From positions 1-47,009 of the forward strand of contig JBBSQY010000024.1 in NCBI GenBank assembly GCA_038243585.1: DNA of 47,009 bases, written 5' to 3'. The notes beneath the pieces were generated by a model. That model worked only from the letters and a program-made list of their open reading frames with translations. It did not search any database and was not told the origin of the DNA. The translations under genes and the position numbers were made by a program. This DNA comes from Candidatus Sumerlaeales bacterium. GTDB lineage: Bacteria; Sumerlaeota; Sumerlaeia; Sumerlaeales; Sumerlaeaceae. How positions within the stretch are numbered: the stretch's first letter is position 1; each line of letters opens with the position of its first letter. Below, piece after piece: positions 1 through 8,762 of this stretch.

Positions 1-486
1 AATATCGAACCGTCCCTGATCCGCACCGAGAGCGATGAAGTGACATACAATCTTCATATCATCCTGCGTTTCGAACTGGAACAGGCGCTGCTTTCGGGCG
101 AGCTGCCGGCGGCGGATCTGCCCGGCGCGTGGAGCGATGCCATGACACGAATGCTGGGCGTCCAGAGCAATTCCGACGCCGACGGTTGCCTGCAGGATAT
201 CCACTGGTCGGGTGGAGCCATTGGTTATTTCCCCACGTACACCCTTGGCAACTTGATCGCGGCCCAGTTATATGAGGCAGCGCTGCGCGACCTGCCGGGG
301 CTGGAATCGGGCTTTGCATCCGGAGATTTCACGCCACTACTTGGCTGGCTTCGGAAAAATGTCCACCAGCATGGACAGCGTTACACGTCGGCAGAACTCG
401 TTCGCAGGTCCACCGGAGCTGACCTGACTGCGGAGCCATTATTAAGGCGTCTGCGCGCGAAAGCCGAACATTATTACCTGAAGTAG
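1..486 (+). CDS. Carboxypeptidase, M32 (Taq) family; 3' part only, runs off the left edge
   Basis: Frame is open from base 1: PSLIRTESDEVTYNLH...GCLQDIHWSGG.IGYFPTYTLGN, the M32 C-terminal motifs. Confidence 0.92.
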   Translation, partial: NIEPSLIRTESDEVTYNLHIILRFELEQALLSGELPAADLPGAWSDAMTRMLGVQSNSDADGCLQDIHWSGGAIGYFPTYTLGNLIAAQLYEAALRDLPGLESGFASGDFTPLLGWLRKNVHQHGQRYTSAELVRRSTGADLTAEPLLRRLRAKAEHYYLK

Positions 487-533
487 CAAAGGCGTCTGCG
501 TTTTTTTGAAGTAGCATAGGCGTCCCGCCTGTG
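479..533 (+). repeat. GTAG-type REP-like palindrome with a degenerate tandem copy
   Basis: GTAG-CATAGGCG-tcc-CGCCTGTG at 511-533. TGAAGTAGCA[A/T]AGGCGTC occurs twice, at 479-496 and 507-524. Confidence 0.55.
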
Positions 534-656
534 TAATATTAAAATTTTGCGTGAGTGGTCTGATTAGGCCATATCCGTTATCCCACCGCCCGCATAAAAT
601 GTGCTCTTTTCCTTTCGGGCGCAAGGTTTTTGCGACAATTGAATAACAGTTTAACC

Positions 657-1460
657 ATGGCTGATCAAAAATTACGCATCTGGAAATCGTTGCAGCGGGA
701 AGTAAAGGAGATGGCAGATCGCGAGCCGATCCTGGCCAGCTTTTTGTATGCCACGGTTTTCAATCATACCACCTTCGAAGAGGCGCTGAGTTTCCTTCTG
801 GCAAGCAAACTGACCAGCGCCACCATCCACTCCATCACTCTGCGCGACGTGATGTACAAGGCGCACTGCGAGGACCCCTCCATCGCAGACGCCTGCGTCG
901 CCGATCTGATGGCGGTGCGCGAACGCGATCCCGCCTCGACAAGTTTCGCCCATCCGTTTCTTTACTTCAAAGGTTACCACGCGCTGCAGACCTATCGCGT
1001 GTCGCACCATCTTTGGAAAAACGACCGCAAGGAACTCGCGCTTCATCTGCAAAGCCGCATGAGCGAGATTTTTTCCGTGGATATCCATCCGGCAGCTCGG
1101 ATCGGCCAGGGGATCATGCTGGATCACGGCACAGGCGTAGTAATAGGCGAGACGGCGGTGGTGGAAGACAACGTTTCCATCATGCACGAGGTAACCCTTG
1201 GCGGTACAGGAAAACAGGGTGGCGATCGCCACCCGAAGATTCGCAAAGGCTGCCTCATCAGCGTGGGTGCCAAAATCCTGGGCAACATCGAAATTGGTGA
1301 AGGTGCCAAGGTCGGCGGGGGAGCAGTAGTGCTGAACGACGTGGCACCTCATATGACAGTCGCCGGAATACCAGCGCGGCCTGTCGGAGCTGTAAAGGGA
1401 GCCGCCTTCAAAGAAATGGATCAGACTTTTACAGATTCAACTTATGCGGAAGGTATCTAA
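657..1460 (+). CDS. cysE: Serine O-acetyltransferase
   Basis: RDPA, FKGYHALQ.YR, VDIHPAA.IG.G.MLDHGTG, VTLGGTGK..GDRHPK and hexapeptide repeats. ATG 657 preferred over TTG 630. Confidence 0.95.
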   Translation: MADQKLRIWKSLQREVKEMADREPILASFLYATVFNHTTFEEALSFLLASKLTSATIHSITLRDVMYKAHCEDPSIADACVADLMAVRERDPASTSFAHPFLYFKGYHALQTYRVSHHLWKNDRKELALHLQSRMSEIFSVDIHPAARIGQGIMLDHGTGVVIGETAVVEDNVSIMHEVTLGGTGKQGGDRHPKIRKGCLISVGAKILGNIEIGEGAKVGGGAVVLNDVAPHMTVAGIPARPVGAVKGAAFKEMDQTFTDSTYAEGI

Positions 1461-1474
1461 AAGGTGTACTACTC

Positions 1475-2569
1475 ATGCTGAAAACCCGCCCCAAATCAGA
1501 ATGCCGTTGGGATATCCTCAGCCTTGGAGAGGTGATGCTTCGCCTTGATCCGGGAAGCGGCCGGATTCACACCGCTCGCGGCTTTGAGGTATGGGAAGGT
1601 GGCGGCGAATACAACGTGGCGAGGGGCCTGAAGCGCTGCTTTGGCCTGGACGCCGCCGTGGTAACCGCCTTTGCGGATAACCCGGTGGGCCGCCTGGTGC
1701 AGGATCTTATTTACCAGGGTGGGGTGGATCAGAGCCTGGTTAAGTGGGTAAAATATGACGGCGTAGGGCGCGAAGTTCGTAACGGCCTTAACTTTACCGA
1801 GCGCGGTTTCGGCGTCCGCGGAGCCGTGGGCTGCAGCGATCGGGGCAACACCGCCGTATCTCAACTGAAGCCAGGCGACATCGATTGGGACGACATATTT
1901 GGCCGCAACGGGGTGCGGTGGTTTCATACCGGCGGAATTTTCGCAGCCCTCAGCGAGACGACCCCCGGCGTGGCGCAGGAAGCGATGGAAGCAGCCCGAC
2001 GCCATGGCACGCTTGTCAGTTATGACCTGAACTACCGCGACAGCCTGTGGAAGTCCATCGGCGGCCAGACCCGCGCCAGGGAAGTCAATCGGACCCTTGC
2101 CCCGTATGTGGACGTAATGATCGGCAATGAAGAAGACTTCACAGCGGCCCTCGGGTTTGAGGTGGACGGGCTGGATGAACACCACAGCAAGCTCGACCCC
2201 GCTAATTTCGAGAAGATGATCGAACGCGCCTGCAGCGAATTCCCGAATTTTCAGTGTGTGGCTACCACTCTTCGCCACGCAAAAACCGCCAGCGTGAACG
2301 ACTGGGGCGCAGTGCTTTACACGGATGGCAAACTATATCAGTCGCGCATCCGTGAGAACCTGGAAATCTTTGACCGCGTGGGCGGCGGAGACAGCTTCGC
2401 CAGCGGAGTAATCTATGGCATACTGACGGAACAAGACGCCCAGTACTGCGTAGACTGCGGTGCGGCTCACGGCGCCCTGGCCATGACCACCCCCGGCGAT
2501 ACAACCATGGCCACCCTGCCCGAAGTCGAAAAGCTGATGAAAGGCGGAACAGCCCGCGTAGCCCGGTAA
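1475..2569 (+). CDS. kdgK: PfkB-family sugar kinase, 2-keto-3-deoxygluconate kinase-like
   Basis: GEVMLRL, GGGEYNVA, YDLNYR, GNEED, DRVGGGDSFASG. Confidence 0.85.
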   Translation: MLKTRPKSECRWDILSLGEVMLRLDPGSGRIHTARGFEVWEGGGEYNVARGLKRCFGLDAAVVTAFADNPVGRLVQDLIYQGGVDQSLVKWVKYDGVGREVRNGLNFTERGFGVRGAVGCSDRGNTAVSQLKPGDIDWDDIFGRNGVRWFHTGGIFAALSETTPGVAQEAMEAARRHGTLVSYDLNYRDSLWKSIGGQTRAREVNRTLAPYVDVMIGNEEDFTAALGFEVDGLDEHHSKLDPANFEKMIERACSEFPNFQCVATTLRHAKTASVNDWGAVLYTDGKLYQSRIRENLEIFDRVGGGDSFASGVIYGILTEQDAQYCVDCGAAHGALAMTTPGDTTMATLPEVEKLMKGGTARVAR

Positions 2570-2686
2570 AATACAACGCTGTCACTCCCATGAGAAGGCC
2601 TCGCACCATGCCGGGATTCATTATTTCAGGTTCCAGCCCCGGCGTCTGCACAGGTAGTTTTCTATTGACGATTAATCCCGGTCCTC

Positions 2687-4066
2687 TTGTATTTGGTACT
2701 TACTGCTGAACCAGGGAGTACTACTATTAAAACTCGCCAGCTATCTCGCCGTTCCTTCCTCCAAACCGCTGCAGGTCTCGTGGCCGCGCCTTATTTTATT
2801 CCCTCTACTGTTCTGGGAAAAGACGGCGGTGTTGCCCCTTCCAACCGAATTACCATGGCGCAGATCGGACTCGGCGGCCAGGGTAGTTATCATCTAAGAG
2901 TTCAAAGCAAGCGTAAGGACATCCAAATAGTTGCCTTGTGCGACGTAGACCGGCGTCATCTGGATCGCGCGCGCGAAACCATGAAAGATGCTGGGGTTGC
3001 CGATGCTGGAGTAGAATACCACCAGGATTTTCGCCGGTTGCTGGATTCCAGGGACCGCTTTGACGCTGTCCTGATCGCAACGCCAGACCACAGCCACGCT
3101 ATGGTGACCATCGCCATGTTAAAAAACGGCAAAGACGTTTACTGTGAAAAGCCGCTGACCCGGACTATCCATGAAGGACGAGTCGTATCCGACACCGTGG
3201 CCCGCTATGGCCGAGTGCTTCAAACCGGCAGCCATGAACGTTCCAATCGCAAGGCCAGATATGTGGCGGATCTTGTCCGCAATGGCTACCTGGGTAAAAT
3301 CGACCGGGTGGAAGTAAGTCTTCCGAATACCAGTCATAACCGCCTTGCCATGCAGGAACCTTCCGACCCGCCGTCAGAATTGGATTATGATCTATGGTTG
3401 GGTCCGGCCCCTTACAAACCGTATTTCGACGCGGGACGCAAAGATGACATACTGAAAATTCCGTTGGAAAGATGCCATTTCTGGTTCCGCTATCAGCTCG
3501 ACTATGCCACCGGAGAAATGTCTGATCGTGGTGCCCATGTCCTTGATCTCGTCCAGATGATCCTGAACAAGGACAAGACAGGCCCTGTGGAAGTCTCAGC
3601 TCGAGGCGAAAGCAACGTGGACAGCGAATTCAACACGTTCATGAAATACGATTTCGATATCAAGTATGATGACGGCGTTACCGTTCATGGCTCGAGCCTG
3701 GGAGATGACGACTCGCGCGGTCTTAAGATTTTCGGAGAAAACGGCTGGATCAACGTTCACATCCACGGGTGCGCATTGACGGCGTCCGACCCTAAGCTGT
3801 TGGAGATTAAGCTGAAGCCAAGTGACCAGACGGTAGGGCGCGTAGTCAGTCATCACGACGATTTCTATGATGCCGTTCGCCACCGTGGAGACACCGTTGC
3901 CAGCGCGGAAACGGGACATCGCACTGCTTCAATCTGTCACATGGCCACCATCGCCATGCAACTGGGGCGCCCGCTAAAATGGGATCCGGTAAATGAGCGG
4001 TTCCTCAATGACAGCGAGGCAAACCGCTACCTGCATTACACATACCGCGAGCCGTGGACGCTCTAA
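2687..4066 (+). CDS. Tat-exported Gfo/Idh/MocA oxidoreductase (true start may be ATT at 2726)
   Basis: SRRSFL twin-arginine motif, IGLGGQG, IATPDHSH, DVYCEKP, DYDLWLGPAP. Confidence 0.9.
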   Translation: MYLVLTAEPGSTTIKTRQLSRRSFLQTAAGLVAAPYFIPSTVLGKDGGVAPSNRITMAQIGLGGQGSYHLRVQSKRKDIQIVALCDVDRRHLDRARETMKDAGVADAGVEYHQDFRRLLDSRDRFDAVLIATPDHSHAMVTIAMLKNGKDVYCEKPLTRTIHEGRVVSDTVARYGRVLQTGSHERSNRKARYVADLVRNGYLGKIDRVEVSLPNTSHNRLAMQEPSDPPSELDYDLWLGPAPYKPYFDAGRKDDILKIPLERCHFWFRYQLDYATGEMSDRGAHVLDLVQMILNKDKTGPVEVSARGESNVDSEFNTFMKYDFDIKYDDGVTVHGSSLGDDDSRGLKIFGENGWINVHIHGCALTASDPKLLEIKLKPSDQTVGRVVSHHDDFYDAVRHRGDTVASAETGHRTASICHMATIAMQLGRPLKWDPVNERFLNDSEANRYLHYTYREPWTL

Positions 4067-4165
4067 GCCAAACGACCCTGGGTTTTAAGTTTTAGATTAG
4101 CATTTGTTTACAGATTGATTATTGTCCTGCATTCCTGCTGAGTTGTACCCCGAGACTACAAATGC

Positions 4166-4206
4166 AAAAAGCCCTTCCGGCCTGATGAGCCGGAAGGGCT
4201 CTTTAT
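4166..4206. terminator. Intrinsic terminator between convergent genes, probably bidirectional
   Basis: 12-bp stem AGCCCTTCCGGC/GCCGGAAGGGCT, A-tract on the left, CTTTATT on the right. Confidence 0.8.
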
Positions 4207-4243
4207 TAGCTTCTTGTTTTGTGATTCAGACTAACCGCACCGG

Positions 4244-5338
4244 TCAGGGTTTTACATACCGGACCGCATCGGCCACAACCACGTATCCGGTGGTTGTCCA
4301 TACGGATAGCTTGGTGGCTTTGTTGCCGGCGGTGAGGCTTACATTGCCAAGGCTGTTCCACTGACCACCGCTGGACTGCTGATTCCGCGACACTGTTACG
4401 CCATTAGGCAGGATGTACGGAGCAGTTGCGGAGCGATTGCTGCCCTGGGCCCACCAGGCTGATATGGTATATGTGCCGGGGATCGTAATGTTGGCGTTCC
4501 ATGTGGCAGAGTCACTTAACGCAGCAGTGCTGCGGAAACGGTAGTTGCTGCCATATTTATCAGCGGCAGAACTTCCAGTGCTCCAGTTTGTGGAAGCCGA
4601 AAATCCTGAGCTGCTGTTGTCGACAACGATGGTTGCAGAGCCGCCGCCACCGCCACTTGTCAGGTTCTTCGTAGTCCATCCGAAGGCGTCAAAGTAGTGA
4701 TCTACAATCCACTGATAACCCATTCCACGGTTGGAGGCCCAGCGCTGGGTGCCCCACTGACACATACCACGGCCGTGGCCGTTTTGGGTGTAACCGCAGC
4801 ATACGGAATCGCTAAGGCACACGCCGTCGCCCGGAGCGTTGGAGATGTAGCAGTTGCCACAACCGTCTCTGTTTCCCGAATCATTGTTTTCCGCGCTATA
4901 CTCAGCGCGAACAATGTTGTCGTTGCCATCTACAACATACTTCCCGGCTGTAGCATCGACAGCGTTGTTCGTGCTCGTATACTGGGTCGTAGTATATTTC
5001 TGGCAACAGGTGGTGTCGCAAATGTCATAGGTTGAAGTTTTGGGATGATATACGTGCCACGCGCCATAGCTGCGAATGGCGATGGCGCCTGCTTTTAAGG
5101 ATTCTGCGTGCCAGCCAGAGATCCATTCAGCTGGCAGCACCCGTTTAACGTAGGTTTCCATGCTGACGGTGACGACGCTGCCGCAAGATGAGCAACTGCA
5201 GTTGCGTCCGACGCGAATGCTCGTAGGCGCGGGGTTCGCGGCAGAGACCTGAGCGGTAAAGGATGGGACAATACCGAGAACCATAATGCCGGCGAGAGAG
5301 ACGTTGCGCCAGGCGGATTTGAAGAAGTTGAATTTCAT
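4244..5338 (-). CDS. Exported SpoIID/LytB-domain peptidoglycan hydrolase-like protein with C-terminal golvesin/CBM-like domain
   Basis: Signal peptide; ETYVKRVLPAE..W..ESLKAGAIAIRSY, DICDTTCCQ.Y, GHGRGMCQWG; Gly linker then IVVDN...GGQWNSLG...VVADAV. Confidence 0.85.
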   Translation of the reverse strand: MKFNFFKSAWRNVSLAGIMVLGIVPSFTAQVSAANPAPTSIRVGRNCSCSSCGSVVTVSMETYVKRVLPAEWISGWHAESLKAGAIAIRSYGAWHVYHPKTSTYDICDTTCCQKYTTTQYTSTNNAVDATAGKYVVDGNDNIVRAEYSAENNDSGNRDGCGNCYISNAPGDGVCLSDSVCCGYTQNGHGRGMCQWGTQRWASNRGMGYQWIVDHYFDAFGWTTKNLTSGGGGGSATIVVDNSSSGFSASTNWSTGSSAADKYGSNYRFRSTAALSDSATWNANITIPGTYTISAWWAQGSNRSATAPYILPNGVTVSRNQQSSGGQWNSLGNVSLTAGNKATKLSVWTTTGYVVVADAVRYVKP

Positions 5339-6340
5339 GTGCGAGAACAATTCCTTTCATTTCGGCCATTTCTTAAATCCGGATCCGCCTGGTTTCGGCG
5401 GCCGACTACTTAAGATATGCCCGAGCGAAATTTCCGTGAACTGCCGCAGGCCTCCGTTCGCGTTGAGCAAACGGTTTCGATAGGTCTCGATAGCCTGGCA
5501 TTCCGGATCCAACATCTCGTTAAAGTGTTAGTGTTATTCGTTCGCCTTGCGTTGTCCAGTCAGAAGTCTGGCGAATTTTCAACCAGTGTGATCTGCGGAT
5601 CAAAAAGAAGTTTAGTTGAGTAACCTCCTGCAATGTCATTGCGCTGCGGGCCATGCAAGTAAGCAAAGAGGGCGCTCACCGGCATTATAGCCCCGCGGTA
5701 CGATCTCCATTTCTCCTAACCGAATTCTCGATTCAAAACCCATAGTTCGAGTAAGAGGATTAACCGATAGCTCAACTGTCAGGATTGTCAAACCAAATGA
5801 GTTAAAATCGTAATAAGGGGGCTCAACTCAGCAAAATGCGCGAAGGACTAGGACTTCGAGTTTCCGGCTTTAGCCGGATCCCTCTTTGCACCCTCATTTA
5901 TGAGGGGTGTTGCTGATTTGTAAAGGATTATAGCGCGCTTCAGCGTGGCTTGTTACCGCTTCAGCGCCAGTCGCGGCAACAGTAGATGTACTTTATAACC
6001 AGCCGCTCATTCAAAACTGAAAAATTCCCTTATTGAAATGCACGGAACTGCGTTGCAATCGTAATGAAGGTGCGCAATTACTGAAATGGATGGCGCCAAT
6101 GCAAACCATTACAGATGATTAAAGAACAGGTGCTGATTCTTCGGCCGGAATTTGAAACGTCTTTGGAATGCATGCGGCCCTCCGTCTTTATCGTGTCCGG
6201 AGCGCCCCTGCAGCCGATTTAAAATAGATATCGTTTTCTCTTGAAATCCGAAAGACGTCTATGGTGAGTTGTGTTAAATGCCTGCGGTTCCGGAGGCTTA
6301 ACTACCTTGGAAAAGGCGTTGCAGGCCATTTGGAAAATTT

Positions 6341-6370
6341 TTGCATAAATTTTTCAGGTGCCCCTATAAG
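6341..6370 (+). promoter_or_regulatory. Putative sigma70 promoter for the small RNA or ilvE leader
   Basis: TTGCAT-N18-TATAAG. Confidence 0.45.
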
Positions 6371-6376
6371 GTCAAA

Positions 6377-6510
6377 TTGAAGCACAAGTTTACGGTCCGC
6401 CGTCCTTCGGGGTGGTAAGCCGGGGGGTATCACCTCCTCCCCCCTCCCGGCCTCAGGTCCAAGGCCCGCGTCGGCTCCCCCCCTGCCGCCGGCGCGGGCG
6501 TCCTTTTTCT
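6377..6510 (+). ncRNA. Putative structured small RNA or leader with C-rich anti-SD loops
   Basis: cUUCGg hairpin (6400-6415); hairpin 6419-6451 with loop ATCACCTCCTCCCC; hairpin 6464-6499 with C-rich loop followed by TCCTTTTT. Confidence 0.55.
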
Positions 6511-6597
6511 ACGGGACCCTTCCGATTTCCCCTGCGAATTCTTTTGCTACACCTCGCATAGAACAAGGCACAAATTTCTGGCCGAGGAGATGGTGGC

Positions 6598-7479
6598 ATG
6601 ACGCAGGAGCAAAAGGTTTGGATAGACGGAACCCTTTACAATAAAGAGGATGCCAAGATCAGCGTTTTTGATCATTGCGTGCTTTATGGAGACGGAGTCT
6701 TCGAGGGAATCCGGATTTACGCCGGCTGCATCTTTCGTCTTCGGCAGCATCTTGAGCGCCTGTGGTCGTCTGCTCGTTATCTGTGCCTGCAAATTCCGAT
6801 GAGCGTCGAAGAAATGACGGAAGCCATAAAGGAAACCATCCGCGCCAATAACCTCACGGATGGTTACATCCGCCTGGTCGTTACCCGCGGAACCGGTGAT
6901 CTCGGCCTCGACCCACGCCTGTGTCCAAAAGCGACGGTCTTTATCATTGCCGCCAATATTAAATTGTATCCGGAATCCGACTACGTAAACGGCCTGGAAA
7001 TTATCACGGTTCCGTCCAATCGCATGAACCTCGCAGCTTTTAACCCGCGGGTGAAAAGCTGCAATTACCTGAACAACATTATGGCCAAGATGGAAGGCCA
7101 GCTCGCCAACGTGCGCGAAGCTCTGATGCTGAACCAGGACGGTTATGTCGTGGAATGTACAGGCGATAACGTTTTTCTGGTAAAAGATGGCGTGCTGTAT
7201 ACGCCGCCTATCTACCTGGGGCCATTAAAGGGAATTACTCGCGACGCCATTATTGATATCGCCCAGGCGGACGGCATCTTTGTTAAAGAAGAGCCGTTTA
7301 CTCGCTTTGAAGTGTATGACTGCGATGAGATGTTTTTGACCGGTACCGCGGCGGAGGCTATTCCTGTGGTCAAAGTGGATGGCCGCACTATCGGCGATGG
7401 CTCCCCGGGCACTATGACGAAGGCGCTGATCGAGAAGTTCCGGGAAATCGTATGCACCGACGGGGTTATGGTCGATTAG
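6598..7479 (+). CDS. ilvE: Branched-chain amino acid aminotransferase (PLP class IV)
   Basis: YGDGVFEGIR.Y, HLERL, YIRLVVTRG.GDLGLDP, KSCNYLNNI, GITR, FLTGTAAE; SD GAGGAG. Confidence 0.93.
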   Translation: MTQEQKVWIDGTLYNKEDAKISVFDHCVLYGDGVFEGIRIYAGCIFRLRQHLERLWSSARYLCLQIPMSVEEMTEAIKETIRANNLTDGYIRLVVTRGTGDLGLDPRLCPKATVFIIAANIKLYPESDYVNGLEIITVPSNRMNLAAFNPRVKSCNYLNNIMAKMEGQLANVREALMLNQDGYVVECTGDNVFLVKDGVLYTPPIYLGPLKGITRDAIIDIAQADGIFVKEEPFTRFEVYDCDEMFLTGTAAEAIPVVKVDGRTIGDGSPGTMTKALIEKFREIVCTDGVMVD

Positions 7480-7652
7480 GAAAAAGAGTAAGCTTTGATA
7501 TCGAGGAGCGAACGTTATGATGGAAATACTTAACCTCGAATTTTCAGCCCGACTTCATTACTGAATGGTATCGCCTGCGTTTTAGTACAATATGACATGA
7601 ACGTGAGATTACGGGCGCGATGCCCGGTAAAACTCTCGCGAAGGAGTAATTT

Positions 7653-8096
7653 ATGAGTTTCAACCCTTTCCAGATGGCGGCGGGTTATCCGCCCGAAATG
7701 ACAGAACCTATGCGCGCGGAGCTGACTCGCCTTGGCGTAGAAGATTTGCGCACGGCTGAGCAGGTAGACGAGGTTTTACAGCCCGCAAGCGGCACCGTAC
7801 TTGTGGTAGTAAACAGCGTATGCGGTTGCGCTGCAGGCAATGCCCGCCCCGGCGTCGCAAAAGCCTTACAGAACGAGAAAATTCCAGATCGCATTGTCAC
7901 GGTGTTTGCGGGCGTAGATCGCGAAGCAGTTAATCGCGCACGCGGCTACTTTACCGGCTATCAGCCATCTTCACCGCAGATTGCGGTTTTAAAAGATGGT
8001 AAAGTCGTAAAAATGCTGGAGCGCACCGATATCGAAGGCCGTACGTCCGACGATGTGGCGAACGAGCTGGTTAGCGCATTTAATTCCAACTGCTGA
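7653..8096 (+). CDS. BrxA/BrxB (DUF1094) bacilliredoxin-family protein
   Basis: PMRAELT, VVNSVCGCAAGNARP, TVFAGVDREA, PSSPQIA; SD AAGGAG. Confidence 0.92.
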   Translation: MSFNPFQMAAGYPPEMTEPMRAELTRLGVEDLRTAEQVDEVLQPASGTVLVVVNSVCGCAAGNARPGVAKALQNEKIPDRIVTVFAGVDREAVNRARGYFTGYQPSSPQIAVLKDGKVVKMLERTDIEGRTSDDVANELVSAFNSNC

Positions 8097-8174
8097 ACAC
8101 AAATTACAAGGCGGAGGGCGGTTCAAAGGCCGTCCTCCGCTGGTACTAGTTTTCAGGGAAGCCACCATGGGCCA

Positions 8175-8642
8175 ATGATAATTAACTTTGGATATGTAAT
8201 CGACAACGAACTGGCAGGCCTCGCTCACCCGGACTCCCTTGGCAATGTTATGAGCGCGCTTTCTGACCTTCAAACGCGCGGCTTCGGTGCTATTGTTTCT
8301 CTCGACGAAATTGGCATCTCGCCAGCCCTCGCTGAGGAACAGGGGATGCGATACTGCCACATTCCCATTCCAGACTTTCACCCGCCGGATACCCGGCAGG
8401 CAACCCAGTTTGTGGATTTCGTGAAAGAGCGCCGGAATGAGGGCTTGCAGGTCGCAGTGCATTGCCGCGGCGGTTATGGCAGGACCGGCACCCTGATCGC
8501 CTGCTACCTGATAAGCGAGGGCAGTTCCGCTAGTGACGCCATTGACTTGGTAAGGCGCCGCCGGCCCGGCTCAATTGAAACCGCCGGCCAGGAACATTTC
8601 CTTGCGGATTACGAACGTAATGTGCGTAATAATCAGCGTTGA
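8175..8642 (+). CDS. Dual-specificity / cyclin-dependent-kinase-inhibitor-3-like protein phosphatase
   Basis: IPDFHPP acid loop, HCRGGYGRTG P-loop, RRRPGSIET. Confidence 0.9.
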   Translation: MIINFGYVIDNELAGLAHPDSLGNVMSALSDLQTRGFGAIVSLDEIGISPALAEEQGMRYCHIPIPDFHPPDTRQATQFVDFVKERRNEGLQVAVHCRGGYGRTGTLIACYLISEGSSASDAIDLVRRRRPGSIETAGQEHFLADYERNVRNNQR

Positions 8643-8762
8643 ACCCGCCGTCCCCGCTTCCGGATTTGCTTGCGGGGCAATATTTGTGCGGTTGAATTCC
8701 GGTTATCAAACGATAAAGGAACCGACCCCTCTAAATCGCGGGTGGGGTTGCTGGATAGTTTT

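Noticed and set aside
4176..4206. CTGATGAG resembling a hammerhead ribozyme core
   Set aside because: No GAAA after the would-be stem II and no stem III. It is the loop of a terminator between convergent genes.
5350..5800. c-di-AMP (ydaO) or c-di-GMP riboswitch upstream of the wall hydrolase
   Set aside because: Consensus blocks were not found by eye on the minus strand; kept only as an unassigned structure.
6377..6418. Short ORF (TTG)KHKFTVRRPSGW as an attenuator leader peptide
   Set aside because: No Leu/Ile/Val run, no clear SD, and it begins at the predicted TSS.
6409..6422. GGGTGGTAAGCCG as a T-box upstream of ilvE
   Set aside because: The bulge would be UGGUAAG, not UGGNACC, and I see no stem I or specifier motifs.
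6429..6438. ATCACCTCCT as the end of a 16S rRNA gene
   Set aside because: The flanks have no rRNA similarity.
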